Positions 19,602 through 28,464 of a stretch of DNA of 64,000 nucleotides are shown here, piece after piece (the stretch's first letter is position 1; each line of letters opens with the position of its first letter). The stretch is from an uncultured Slackia sp. GTDB lineage: Bacteria > Actinomycetota > Coriobacteriia > Coriobacteriales > Eggerthellaceae. Location: NCBI RefSeq assembly GCF_934630525.1, contig NZ_CAKTVX010000008.1, positions 27,442-91,441 of the forward strand. The letters are read 5' to 3'. The notes beneath the pieces are model-generated. The model searched no databases. It had not been told where the DNA came from and saw only the letters and a list, made by a program, of their open reading frames with translations. Position numbers and translations under genes: made by a program.

Positions 19602-19629
19602 TTGAAGGCAACGAGCTTTGTGGTATGCT
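19602..19629 (+). promoter_or_regulatory. Putative promoter of tRNA-Ser(TGA)
   Basis: -35 TTGAAG, 16-nt spacer, extended -10 TGgTATGCT. The tRNA starts 11 nt downstream. Confidence 0.45.
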
Positions 19630-19640
19630 TTCAGAGCTTT

Positions 19641-19728
19641 GGAGGAATGGCCGAGTGGTTGAAGGCGGCAGTCTTGAAAACTGTTGTGCCGCAAGGTACC
19701 GTGGGTTCAAATCCTACTTCCTCCGCCA
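19641..19728 (+). tRNA. tRNA-Ser (anticodon TGA), CCA encoded
   Basis: Acceptor ggaggaa/ttcctcc, anticodon loop ctTGAaa, variable arm, T-loop ggttcaaatcc. A terminator hairpin gcgccgtcc-ctcc-ggacggcgc plus a T-run follows. Confidence 0.9.
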
Positions 19729-19962
19729 TTGAATTATTGCGCCGTCCCTCCGGACGGCGCTTTTTCGTTTGAAGCATCCAAACGCCGCGCGTGAGCCCGG
19801 CGGCCGATTTCGCGCTCAGCCTTCGGCTTGCGCACTTGCAGTACACGACACCTGGGCTTCGGGCAATATCGGCTCACCAGGCCCACATTCGCTAACATAT
19901 GGCGTGAATGGAACGTTAAAAAAGTCGAAGGCACGAAGGCTGGAGCGTTGGTAGGAGGAACC

Positions 19963-20187
19963 ATGGAGCGCGATATTGTTCCAGGCGTATATCGCCACTT
20001 CAAAGGAAACGAATACGAAGTCATTGGCGTGGCGAAACACTCAGAGACCGAAGAACCCTTGGTCATTTACCGCGCGCTCTATGGCGAACGCGGCCTTTGG
20101 GCGCGACCGCTCGACATGTTTGCGGGCGAAGTCGACCACGATAAATATCCCGATGCCAAGCAACGATACCGATTCGAGAAAGCATAG
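19963..20187 (+). CDS. DUF1653-like small protein (74 aa)
   Basis: ATG after GGAGGAA. The sequence [32 protein letters not shown] resembles the DUF1653 family as I recall it. Confidence 0.6.
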   Translation: MERDIVPGVYRHFKGNEYEVIGVAKHSETEEPLVIYRALYGERGLWARPLDMFAGEVDHDKYPDAKQRYRFEKA

Positions 20188-20340
20188 CCCCCATCTTCTT
20201 CCCCAACCACAAAAGGCTCGAGCCGCAAAGCTCGAGCCTTTTCTAAAAAGGGGCCGATTCCTTGAAGGGAAGGTGGAGGGGTGGAATCGGCCCTCACGGA
20301 TTATCGTGTTGCCGCGCTGCGAAACGTCAGCACCAGCTCA

Positions 20341-22137
20341 TTATTTGCCGGCAGCAGCGTTTTCGCCAGCGATCTTGCCGTACACCATGCACATGCCGCA
20401 AGAAAGGCCCTTGAGCGAGATGGGGTACTGGACCGCGAAACGACCGCCCTGCGGAGCGCCGCAAGCGTACAGACCCTTGATGATCTTGCGATCGTTGTCG
20501 TACACATGGCACTCGTCGTCGGAATCGAAGCCGCCCAGGTTGCCCAGGGTAAGGGCGCAACCGCACTCGGCAGCGTAGAACGGGCCATTCTCCAGGGCGA
20601 ACAGGCGCTGAGAGCTCTTGAAGAAGTCGGTGTCTTCGCCAGCCTTGCACAGCTCGTTGTAACGCTCGATGGACTTCTTGGCCTCGTCGACGTCGATGCC
20701 CTCGATCTTGGAAAGCAGCTCGTCGATGGTATCGGCCTTCAGGCAACGGCCGTCAGCGACAGCGTCGTCGATGTCCTTCTGAGTACGCACATTGATGCGC
20801 AGGCCAGAGGCGGTGTACTCGGGAAGCTCCTCTTCGCGATAGATGCATGCAACACCGTGGGCAGCCGGGAAGTACTTGAGCTGCTCAGGCCAGTTGGCGT
20901 CGAAGAACTGGTAAGCCTTGCGCTCGGGCTGAAGCTCAACCTGATTCTCAAGCTGCTGACCAGGAATGTCTTCGTTCATGAAGCGCTTGCCGCGCAGGTT
21001 CAGCCACAGGTAGCCGTTGTTGCCAATAACGCCACGGCCGTCGGGGCCAGCGCCGCCACCCATGTGGTGAATGACGGGAGCATGCCACTGCTCGATATGG
21101 GCACCAGCCCATGCGCCCATCTTGTGGCCTTCGCCGATGTTGGTGTAGTTGCCCGCGGAGTCCATATCGAGGGACAGAATCTGAACGCCGTTCTCAACGC
21201 ACTGAGGAGCGTAGAACTTCATCATGTCCTCGTTGCCCAAGTAGTCGCCGGTCGCGATAATGACGGCCTTCGCGTTAATCTTGATGTACTTCTCAGAACT
21301 GGTCTTCTGAGCGAAAACGCCGGTCACGGTGCCGTCGGCGTCCTGAATGAGCTCGATGCCCTTGGTTTCATAGCGAACATCGGCACCTGCGTCGATAGCG
21401 CACTGCAGGTTGTCCTGCATGACGGTCGCCAGGCTGCTGAAACCAACAGACGTCGGGTAGCAGGGCAGGTCTTCCTTGGTGTAGTCATAGGTCTCGGGCA
21501 CGGGATACATATAAGGGAACATGTAGTTCTTCTGGCTCGCCTCGGGAATCTCGGCATAGCTTTCGGGGGCGATGTAGAGATCCTTGGAACCGGCCACGAA
21601 CCAGTCGAGGGCTTCGCCCGACTTGTCGTAGTAGGTGGAAATGATGGACTGGTTCACATGGTGGCTGCACTCTTCCATATGCATGTTGACGACCATCTTC
21701 TTATCGAGGAAGCCGTCGCCGCGGCCCCACTTGGCCTGCGTCTCGCCACCGAAAATAGCCATGTCGGAAGCAACGGAGTTGAGCTTCGGCGAAGACTCGA
21801 GCGCGACAACCTTCGCGCCAGCCTCAGCGGCGGCACGAGTGGCGGGAACGCCAGCGGCGCCCAGGCCAACAACGACAACGTCGGCGTCGACGGTCTCTTC
21901 AACGTCGGCGTCAGCGATTTCCGGCTTCTCGCCGAGCCAGGGCATAGCGCCCGTGCCGTCGAAGCCCATCGTGGTCTCGCCCGTAGCGGCGGCCTTGGTG
22001 TCGGCCTTGGCGTCGCTCTTGGAGCTGGAAGCAGACGGCGAGCAAGCGCTCAAGCCAGCCATGCCAGCAATCGCAGCACCCGCGACAGCAGCGCCGGACA
22101 AGAAGTTACGACGGCTCATACCATTCTCAATGCTCAT
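20341..22137 (-). CDS. Tat-exported lipoprotein FAD-dependent oxidoreductase (fumarate-reductase/flavocytochrome-c flavoprotein family)
   Basis: I trimmed to the Met preceded by GGGAGGA. Features are a twin-arginine signal (SRRNFLSGAAVAGAAIAG) with lipobox LSAC, and the dinucleotide fold VVVVGLGAAGVPATRAAAEAGAKVVALE. This gives 598 aa. Confidence 0.75.
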   Translation of the reverse strand: MSIENGMSRRNFLSGAAVAGAAIAGMAGLSACSPSASSSKSDAKADTKAAATGETTMGFDGTGAMPWLGEKPEIADADVEETVDADVVVVGLGAAGVPATRAAAEAGAKVVALESSPKLNSVASDMAIFGGETQAKWGRGDGFLDKKMVVNMHMEECSHHVNQSIISTYYDKSGEALDWFVAGSKDLYIAPESYAEIPEASQKNYMFPYMYPVPETYDYTKEDLPCYPTSVGFSSLATVMQDNLQCAIDAGADVRYETKGIELIQDADGTVTGVFAQKTSSEKYIKINAKAVIIATGDYLGNEDMMKFYAPQCVENGVQILSLDMDSAGNYTNIGEGHKMGAWAGAHIEQWHAPVIHHMGGGAGPDGRGVIGNNGYLWLNLRGKRFMNEDIPGQQLENQVELQPERKAYQFFDANWPEQLKYFPAAHGVACIYREEELPEYTASGLRINVRTQKDIDDAVADGRCLKADTIDELLSKIEGIDVDEAKKSIERYNELCKAGEDTDFFKSSQRLFALENGPFYAAECGCALTLGNLGGFDSDDECHVYDNDRKIIKGLYACGAPQGGRFAVQYPISLKGLSCGMCMVYGKIAGENAAAGK

Positions 22138-22466
22138 GGTGTTAATCCTCCCTTTGGATTGTGCAGCCCCCTCTGGCTGCGCCTTAACCATGCGGCCCCT
22201 ATGGGCCTTGCTTATGGTTCGTGGCGCCTCCTGCACCTCGAACCGATGCATTGCATTATGGAAAGTTTTGCCGAAAAAAGAACCATCCCCCATGGTTGAA
22301 TCAGGGGGGATGGCGAGTGTTTCAAGATATGGACCAAATGTGTTGATTTTATTGTTTACCCAGGTAAAAAGGCTCAACACTTATGGATGATGATGGATTT
22401 TACCGTCTCTTTGCCATTGGGCCACGCATGTTCAGCGAAGGAGCGAACCCCCACTGCACCGAAAAG

Positions 22467-23186
22467 CTAAAGCGTGCGAAGCGCGTCGACCAGAGCAGTT
22501 TTGCCCTCGGTTTTCGCATCCTTCATCTTGATGACCTTCGCGGGAACGCCGGCGACAACCGCGCCCGCGGGAACATCATTCACCACGACGGCGCCCGCGG
22601 CGACAACAGCGCCCTCGCCCACGCGGCAACCCTCGAGCACCACGGCGTTCGCGCCAATCATGACATTGTCCTCAACGATAACGGGGGTTGCGCTCGCAGG
22701 CTCAACCACGCCGGCCAGCACCGTGCCTGCGCCAATGTGGCAATGCTTGCCGACAATGGCACGACCGCCCAGCACCACGCCCATATCGATCATGGTGCCT
22801 TCGCCGATAACCGCGCCAATATTAATAACCGCGCCCATCATGATGACGGCGTTATCGCCAATCTCAACCTGATCACGAATAATCGCGCCCGGCTCGATGC
22901 GGGCGTTGATTTCCTTCATATCGAGCATGGGTACAGCGGAATTGCGGCAATCGTTCTCGACTTCGTAGTAATCGAACGCATCGGCATTGGCCTCGAGCAC
23001 GGGCTTGATGTCGGCCCAGTCGCCGAACACGATTTTGCCCTTGCGGCCGCCGAACACCTTCACTTCGCTCTTCGTGGCGTTGGCCTTATAGTTGATTTTC
23101 TGGCCAGGTTTCTCGCGAACATACACCTTTACCGGGGTTTTCTTTTCGGACGTAGCGATGAAATTGATGATTTCTTCAGCGTTCAT
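22467..23186 (-). CDS. dapH: 2,3,4,5-tetrahydropyridine-2,6-dicarboxylate N-acetyltransferase
   Basis: 239 aa after trimming. It resembles B. subtilis DapH/YkuQ closely, as I remember that sequence (EIINFI...TPVKVY..., [23 protein letters not shown], hexapeptide repeats). Confidence 0.85.
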   Translation of the reverse strand: MNAEEIINFIATSEKKTPVKVYVREKPGQKINYKANATKSEVKVFGGRKGKIVFGDWADIKPVLEANADAFDYYEVENDCRNSAVPMLDMKEINARIEPGAIIRDQVEIGDNAVIMMGAVINIGAVIGEGTMIDMGVVLGGRAIVGKHCHIGAGTVLAGVVEPASATPVIVEDNVMIGANAVVLEGCRVGEGAVVAAGAVVVNDVPAGAVVAGVPAKVIKMKDAKTEGKTALVDALRTL

Positions 23187-23245
23187 GTTGATCCTTTCGA
23201 TTCTCGACACCATACGATGCCGAATGCCGCCTGGGGTCGCGCTAG

Positions 23246-23376
23246 ACCGTCGGCGCTCAAACTTGCTCTTGTTCCTTAGTTAAGCGCCGCCAAGCGGGCG
23301 CATAGTGAGCGATAGCGAACGGTAGTCCGGTGTGGTCTTGCGCGACTCCGGGCGACATTCGGCATCGCCGCCGTCG
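23246..23376. repeat. Interspersed repeat, family B, copy 1 (dapB-dapH spacer)
   Basis: It shares cttgctctt, gcgcatagtgagc (23298-23310) and gcgaacggtag (23315-23325) with the element at 44496-44652. Confidence 0.6.
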
Positions 23377-24093
23377 TTAAAACATCAGCTCGTCGAAACC
23401 GTAGAACCCAGGCTCACGTTCGACCAGCTTTTTCGCCGCAGCCACAGCGCCCGACGCGAAAATGCGGCGGCTCGTGGCGCGATGCGTAAGGGCGACCTCT
23501 TCATCTTCGCCGAAGAAGTGCACCGTGTGGGTGCCGGCAACCGTGCCGCCACGCAAAGCATGCACGCCGATTTCTCGAGCGGGGCGCTTGCCGCACATGC
23601 CTTCGCGGCCATACACCACATCGCAGGCGTCCTCGGGATTCACGGCCGAGAGCAACAGTTTCGCGGTGCCGCTCGGAGCGTCGACCTTCTGATTGTGATG
23701 GGTCTCGACGATTTCGATATCGAAACCGGGCAGCGCTTTTGCGGCCTCGGCGGCGAGGCGGCGCAACACCGCCACGCCAAGCGAATAATTCGCGCTATGG
23801 ATGACAGGCGCTTTCTCGCCGAGCGCGCGAATGCGACCCATTTCGGCTTCGTCGTAACCGGTAGTACCGCTCACAAGCGCCGCACCTGTGCGATTCACAT
23901 AAGCCTCGACCAAGCCGAGCATGCTCTTATGCGAGAAATCAATCGCGACATCGGCCGCGGGGGTGGTGTCGGCAAGCTCATCCTTGTTGTCGATGCCGAT
24001 AACGCCCGCAAGTTCGAGCGATTCATCGGCTTCAACAAGCTCGCGAATGATGGTTCCCATACGGCCATCGCCGATAACAAGTACTTTGGTCAT
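23377..24093 (-). CDS. dapB: 4-hydroxy-tetrahydrodipicolinate reductase
   Basis: 238 aa with an N-terminal Rossmann fold (KVLVIGDGRMG) and HHNQKVDAPSGTA. Confidence 0.9.
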   Translation of the reverse strand: MTKVLVIGDGRMGTIIRELVEADESLELAGVIGIDNKDELADTTPAADVAIDFSHKSMLGLVEAYVNRTGAALVSGTTGYDEAEMGRIRALGEKAPVIHSANYSLGVAVLRRLAAEAAKALPGFDIEIVETHHNQKVDAPSGTAKLLLSAVNPEDACDVVYGREGMCGKRPAREIGVHALRGGTVAGTHTVHFFGEDEEVALTHRATSRRIFASGAVAAAKKLVEREPGFYGFDELMF

Positions 24094-24130
24094 ATTCGTT
24101 CCTCTTCAATAATCAAAAGCGGCGGGCGGC

Positions 24131-25021
24131 CTAGATAATGCCGGCATTCTTCATGGCGGCGGCAATCGTCGCCTTCGCCGCGTCGCTCGGCTCGCACAGC
24201 GGCTGACGATACACCGCCTTGCCGAAGCCCATGAGCTCCAACGCATATTTCACCGGAATGGGGTTCACTTCGCAGAACAGCGAATCGACGAGCTCAATGC
24301 CCGCAAGCTGGGTTTTCAACGCAGCGGCATGATCGCCCGCAAGCCACGCATGGCACATGTCGTGCACTTCCTTCGGCTGCACATTCGCCCAAACCGAAAT
24401 AACGCCGCGGCTACCCAACGCCATCATGGGCACAACGATATCGTCGTTGCCCGAGAACATGCAGAAGTCGTCAGACAGGTAGCGCGCGATTTTCGTCGCA
24501 TAGCCAATATTGCCCGAAGCCTCTTTGATGCCGAAAGCATTGGGGTGCTTCGCCAAGCGCGCGACATTCTTCTCGGAAATAGAGCACCCCGTGCGACCAG
24601 GCACGTTGTACAGAATGCAGGGAATATCGACCGCATCGAGCACCGTAGTGAAGTGACGGTAGATGCCTTCCTCGTTCGACTTGTTGTAGTACGGCGTGAT
24701 GAGCAGCAAGCCATCGGCGCCCATCTTCTGGAAGCTCAGGCTCTTTTCGAGCATGGTCTGCGTGCTGTTCGAACCGCTGCCTGCGATAACAGGCACGCGT
24801 CCCGCAACGCGGTCGACGACGAACTTGCACACCTCGTCGTCTTCCTCGTGCGACATGGTCGACGATTCGCCCGTAGTGCCCAGCGTGAGCAGGGCGTCGG
24901 TCCCGTTTGCCAGATGGAAATCGACCAGGCGGCCAAGCGCCTCGAAGTCGACGCTGCCGTCTTCAGCGAACGGCGTGACGAGCGCCACGATGGAGCCGCT
25001 CAAGCCTTTCATATCTGCCAT
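24131..25021 (-). CDS. dapA: 4-hydroxy-tetrahydrodipicolinate synthase
   Basis: 296 aa with GTTGES, the YNVPGRTG motif and the catalytic Lys context (FGIKEASG). Confidence 0.9.
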   Translation of the reverse strand: MADMKGLSGSIVALVTPFAEDGSVDFEALGRLVDFHLANGTDALLTLGTTGESSTMSHEEDDEVCKFVVDRVAGRVPVIAGSGSNSTQTMLEKSLSFQKMGADGLLLITPYYNKSNEEGIYRHFTTVLDAVDIPCILYNVPGRTGCSISEKNVARLAKHPNAFGIKEASGNIGYATKIARYLSDDFCMFSGNDDIVVPMMALGSRGVISVWANVQPKEVHDMCHAWLAGDHAAALKTQLAGIELVDSLFCEVNPIPVKYALELMGFGKAVYRQPLCEPSDAAKATIAAAMKNAGII

Positions 25022-25057
25022 GTTCTTTCCTTTCGTCGTTTTAGGAAACGACGAAGC

Positions 25058-25197
25058 GCTCGGGGATGCGAGACCACCGGTCGCTTCGCCTAGCCCCTTA
25101 TGCGCTTACCCTCACGCATCGAAGTACGCTTGCCGCGCGGCGGGGCTCTTCGAAACACCGGGCGGCCTCTCGCTGGCCTTCGCCAGTCGGGCAACGC
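25058..25197. repeat. Interspersed repeat, family A, copy 4 (diverged; lysA-dapA spacer)
   Basis: The core ctcacgcatcgaagtacgcttgcc (25111-25134) and the ctcgctggccttcgcc segment align with the copy at 14548-14725. Confidence 0.55.
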
Positions 25198-26496
25198 TTA
25201 TTTCCCTTTAAGTTTCTCCTCATCATAAGGGGCGCCGTCCAGCAACTCATCGCAACCATACAGCGTCGCGAAGTAGTCGGCCGGCGTCTCGGCGCGGCGA
25301 ATGAGCTTCACGCTGCCGTTTTCCCGAAGCAGCAGCTCAGCGCTGCGCAACTTACCGTTGTAGTTATAGCCCATGGAGTGGCCATGCGCGCCGGTATCGT
25401 GAATCACGAGCACGTCGCCGTCTTCGATTTCAGGCAGCGCGCGGTCGATCGCGAATTTGTCGTTGTTCTCGCACAAGCCGCCCACCACGTCGTACACGTG
25501 ATCGCACGGCGCATCTTCCTTGCCCGCCACGGTAATGTGATGGTAGGAACCGTACAGCGCCGGGCGCATGAGGTTCGCCGCACACGCATCGACGCCGATA
25601 TATTCCTTATAAATATGCTTGTGGTGGATAGCCGTGGTAACCAAGCAGCCGTACGGGCCCATCATAAAGCGGCCCATTTCCGTAAAAATCGCCACATCGC
25701 CCATGCCAGCAGGCACGAGGATTTCCTCGTACACGCGGCGAACGCCTTCTCCAATCGCGCGAATATCGTTCGGCGTCTGGTCAGGCTCGTAAGGAATGCC
25801 CACGCCGCCCGACAGGTTGATGAACTCGACATGCGCGCCCGTTTCTTGCTGCAACTGAACGGCAAGCTTGAACAGCACGGCGGCGAGCTCGGGGTAATAA
25901 TCGTTCGTCACGGTATTGCTGCACAGGAAGGCATGGATGCCGAAATGTTTGGCACCCTTGGCTTTGAGCGTGCGGAATGCCTCGAACAGCTGCTCAGTCG
26001 TCATGCCGTATTTGGCATCGCCCGGGTTGTCCATAATGCCGTTCGAGATTTCGAAAAGCCCGCCGGGGTTGTAGCGGCAGCTGATGGTTTCCGGAATGCC
26101 GCCAATCGTTTGCTCGAGGAAATCGATATGCGAAATATCGTCGAGGTTGATGATGGCGCCCAGCTTCGCAGCCGCCTCGTAGTCGGCCGCGGGGGTTTCG
26201 TTCGACGAGAACATAATGTCGTGGCCCGAAATGCCCATAGCATCGCAAAGCTGCAGCTCGGTCGCCGAAGAGCAGTCGCATCCGCACCCATAATCGCGCA
26301 GGATATTGATAAGGAACGGGTTCGGCGTGGCCTTTACCGCGAAATATTCTTTGAAGCCTGGGTTCCACGCAAACGCGTCGCGCACGGCCTCCATGTTGCG
26401 GCGAATGCCCACTTCGTCATAGAGGTGGAACGGCGTAGGGTAATGCTCGATAATCTCATCGAGCTGGGCCTTCGAAACGAAGGGTTGTTTGTTCAT
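25198..26496 (-). CDS. lysA: Diaminopimelate decarboxylase
   Basis: I trimmed the 526-aa ORF to MNKQPFVSKAQLDEIIEHYPTPFHLYD. The PLP-binding context FAVKATPN is present. This gives 432 aa. The removed 5' part overlaps the riboswitch. Confidence 0.85.
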   Translation of the reverse strand: MNKQPFVSKAQLDEIIEHYPTPFHLYDEVGIRRNMEAVRDAFAWNPGFKEYFAVKATPNPFLINILRDYGCGCDCSSATELQLCDAMGISGHDIMFSSNETPAADYEAAAKLGAIINLDDISHIDFLEQTIGGIPETISCRYNPGGLFEISNGIMDNPGDAKYGMTTEQLFEAFRTLKAKGAKHFGIHAFLCSNTVTNDYYPELAAVLFKLAVQLQQETGAHVEFINLSGGVGIPYEPDQTPNDIRAIGEGVRRVYEEILVPAGMGDVAIFTEMGRFMMGPYGCLVTTAIHHKHIYKEYIGVDACAANLMRPALYGSYHHITVAGKEDAPCDHVYDVVGGLCENNDKFAIDRALPEIEDGDVLVIHDTGAHGHSMGYNYNGKLRSAELLLRENGSVKLIRRAETPADYFATLYGCDELLDGAPYDEEKLKGK

Positions 26497-26560
26497 GCGC
26501 GTCGCCTTTCTGAAAACCTGCGCGCGACTCGGCGGGAAGAACCCTCCCGAACCGCATAAT

Positions 26561-26596
26561 AAAAAAACGCCAGCAAGGCACGGCCTCACTGGCGTC
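26561..26596 (-). terminator. Riboswitch expression-platform terminator (attenuator) upstream of lysA
   Basis: Minus-strand hairpin acgccag...ctggcgt followed by TTTTTTT. Confidence 0.6.
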
Positions 26597-26636
26597 GCAT
26601 GCGCGGCATACACCAGCGCAAAACATTTCACAGCAA

Positions 26637-26791
26637 GATAGCGCACCTGCGATTTCGCAGACAGTCTTGCGGGTGTTCCCCGCAAACCCATTCGCGCGCC
26701 GTGCCCGGCAAAGCGAATTCGGCGGGTTTGCCTCGCTTTGGGATCAACGCCCGCCGACTCCCCCAAGGCCCATCGCACCCGCGCCTCTATC
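26637..26791 (-). promoter_or_regulatory. Lysine riboswitch (L-box) leader of lysA-dapA-dapB-dapH
   Basis: The minus strand reads GATAGAGGCGCGGGTGCG...GGGGGAGTCGGCGGG...CCCGCCGAA...GACTGTCTGCG...GGTGCGCTATC. This matches the conserved L-box blocks as I remember them from B. subtilis lysC (AGAGGTGCG, GGGGAGCGTCGCCGAAG, GGCTGTCA). The P1 arms GATAG/CTATC close the fold. Confidence 0.7.
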
Positions 26792-26884
26792 GTTCGAATG
26801 AAACTATCACTTTAGTGCGCTAAAGTCAAAGCACGAAGGCTATAATGCGCGAGAATTCAAGGAACTTTTAGACGAAGAGGCACT

Positions 26885-28021
26885 ATGAACGAATGCGAAC
26901 CTTGCAGCGGCGCGTTTGCCGAACCCACGCTGGCCGACCTCACGCAATACCGCCGCGACCTGCATCAAATTCCTGAAGTTGACTTCGATTTGCCGAAAAC
27001 CATCGCGTACGTGCATTCGGTTATTGACGAGCTGCCATGCGAAGTGTTCGAGCCGTGCCGCTCAACCGTGTGCGCATTTTTCGACCGCGGAAGCGAGCAC
27101 ACTACCGCCATTCGCACCGATATGGATGCGCTGCCCGTGACCGAAAAATCGGGTGTGCCGTTCTGCTCCACGCATGCCGGGCAGATGCACGCATGCGGCC
27201 ATGACGGACACATGGCCATGGCGCTCGGCCTCGCGCGCCACATTGCGGCGCATCTCGACGAACTCGAGCGCAGCGTGCTCATCGTGTTCCAGCCCGCTGA
27301 GGAAACGACCGGCGGCGCGCAGCTCATCTGCGAATCGGGCACATTCGAGAAATACCACGTCGATCGCATTTTCGGCTTCCACTTGTGGCCCGATTTGCCG
27401 AAGGGCCACATCGCGAGCCGCCCCGGCGCGCTGCTCGCCGCCACGAGCGAAAGCACATTCACGTTCTTCGGCAAGGCCACGCACATCGCCAAGGCCGAAG
27501 ATGGCGCCGATTCCATGGAAGCGGGCATGCGCTTCATTCTCGAGGCGTACGACTACATGGCAAAGCGCGCACAGGAAGAACCCTGCACATTCAAGTGCGG
27601 CCTGCTCGAAAGTGGCCAGGCGCGCAACGTGATTTCTTCGCGCACGTACATCGAAGGCACGCTGCGTACATTCAGTGAGAAAATGGGAGCCGAAGCGAAA
27701 GAGGCGCTGCGCGAGATCGCCGAGCGTCGTGCCGCCGAAGCGGGCTGCACGGTCGACGTCGATTTCAGCGAAGGCTACCCGCCGGTCGTGAACAACGAGG
27801 AACTGTTCGAGCTCGCCTCACGCCACATCGACGTGGCCGAGCTGCCCAAGCCGCTGCTCATCGCGGAGGATTTCGCGTTCTACCAGCGCCACTTGCCGGG
27901 CGTGTTCCTGCTGCTGGGAACGGGCACGGGCATTCCCCTGCACGCCGATACTTTTGATTTCGATGAAGAAGTGCTCATGGCCGGCCTGGAAACCTACAAA
28001 AAGCTGATTCGCATTCCGTAA
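26885..28021 (+). CDS. M20D-family amidohydrolase, probably N-acetyl-LL-diaminopimelate deacetylase
   Basis: 378 aa with metal-binding motifs HACGHDGH and FQPAEE. It lies divergent from the L-box dap operon that uses the acetylase branch (dapH). Confidence 0.65.
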   Translation: MNECEPCSGAFAEPTLADLTQYRRDLHQIPEVDFDLPKTIAYVHSVIDELPCEVFEPCRSTVCAFFDRGSEHTTAIRTDMDALPVTEKSGVPFCSTHAGQMHACGHDGHMAMALGLARHIAAHLDELERSVLIVFQPAEETTGGAQLICESGTFEKYHVDRIFGFHLWPDLPKGHIASRPGALLAATSESTFTFFGKATHIAKAEDGADSMEAGMRFILEAYDYMAKRAQEEPCTFKCGLLESGQARNVISSRTYIEGTLRTFSEKMGAEAKEALREIAERRAAEAGCTVDVDFSEGYPPVVNNEELFELASRHIDVAELPKPLLIAEDFAFYQRHLPGVFLLLGTGTGIPLHADTFDFDEEVLMAGLETYKKLIRIP

Positions 28022-28126
28022 GCGAATCGAACAGGCTGCTACCCAGCGGCCCAGCAACTCATTGCGACCGCATACCATGCAAAGGAAAAGGCCAGGCAGC
28101 AACGGCGCCTGGCCTTCAAAATATCA

Positions 28127-28202
28127 TGGTGCCCCCGGGCGGATTCGAACCGTCGACACCCGCTTTAGGAGAGCGGTGCTCTATCCCCTGAGCTACGGAG
28201 GC
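28127..28202 (-). tRNA. tRNA-Arg (anticodon CCT), CCA encoded
   Basis: The reverse complement reads gcctccgtagctcaggggatagagcaccgctCTCCTAAagcgg...ggttcgaatcc...cgggggcacca. Confidence 0.9.
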
Positions 28203-28412
28203 GTTTGAAAACTTTGTTATTCTAGCATGTCTTACACAGAATAGGACTCAGCCCTTACCAACGCAGTCGAAAACTACAGTCCCATTCAGGGAAAATTGAA
28301 GTTAAAGGCAGGCCGTCATATCATCAGGCGAGACATAGTCGACGATCTAGGGTAGATGGATGTTTCTGGTTTACGCTTAGAAAACGAAAGGGTGTTCCTC
28401 CTGCCGCAAGCG

Positions 28413-28453
28413 CATAATTGTTCATAATTGTTTTAGATTCATAAACAATTATG
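28413..28453. promoter_or_regulatory. Operator-like repeat cluster overlapping the RBS region of the ABC/FtsX gene
   Basis: CATAATTGTT occurs twice in tandem (28413-28422 and 28423-28432). After 11 nt comes its exact inverse, AACAATTATG (28444-28453), which ends 11 nt before the ATG. Confidence 0.5.
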
Positions 28454-28464
28454 AAAGGCGTTGT

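Noticed and set aside
26497-26778. N-terminal 94 codons of the 526-aa ORF containing lysA.
   Set aside because: This part overlaps the L-box leader and its terminator. A canonical LysA N-terminus begins at the internal Met at 26496.
28127-28202. tRNA-Arg(CCT) as the attachment site of an integrated island covering 28.2-35.9 kb.
   Set aside because: The accessory DNA lies on the 5' side of the tRNA rather than the usual 3' side. I found no integrase gene and no direct repeat of the tRNA end near 35.9 kb. I report it only as a compositional observation.
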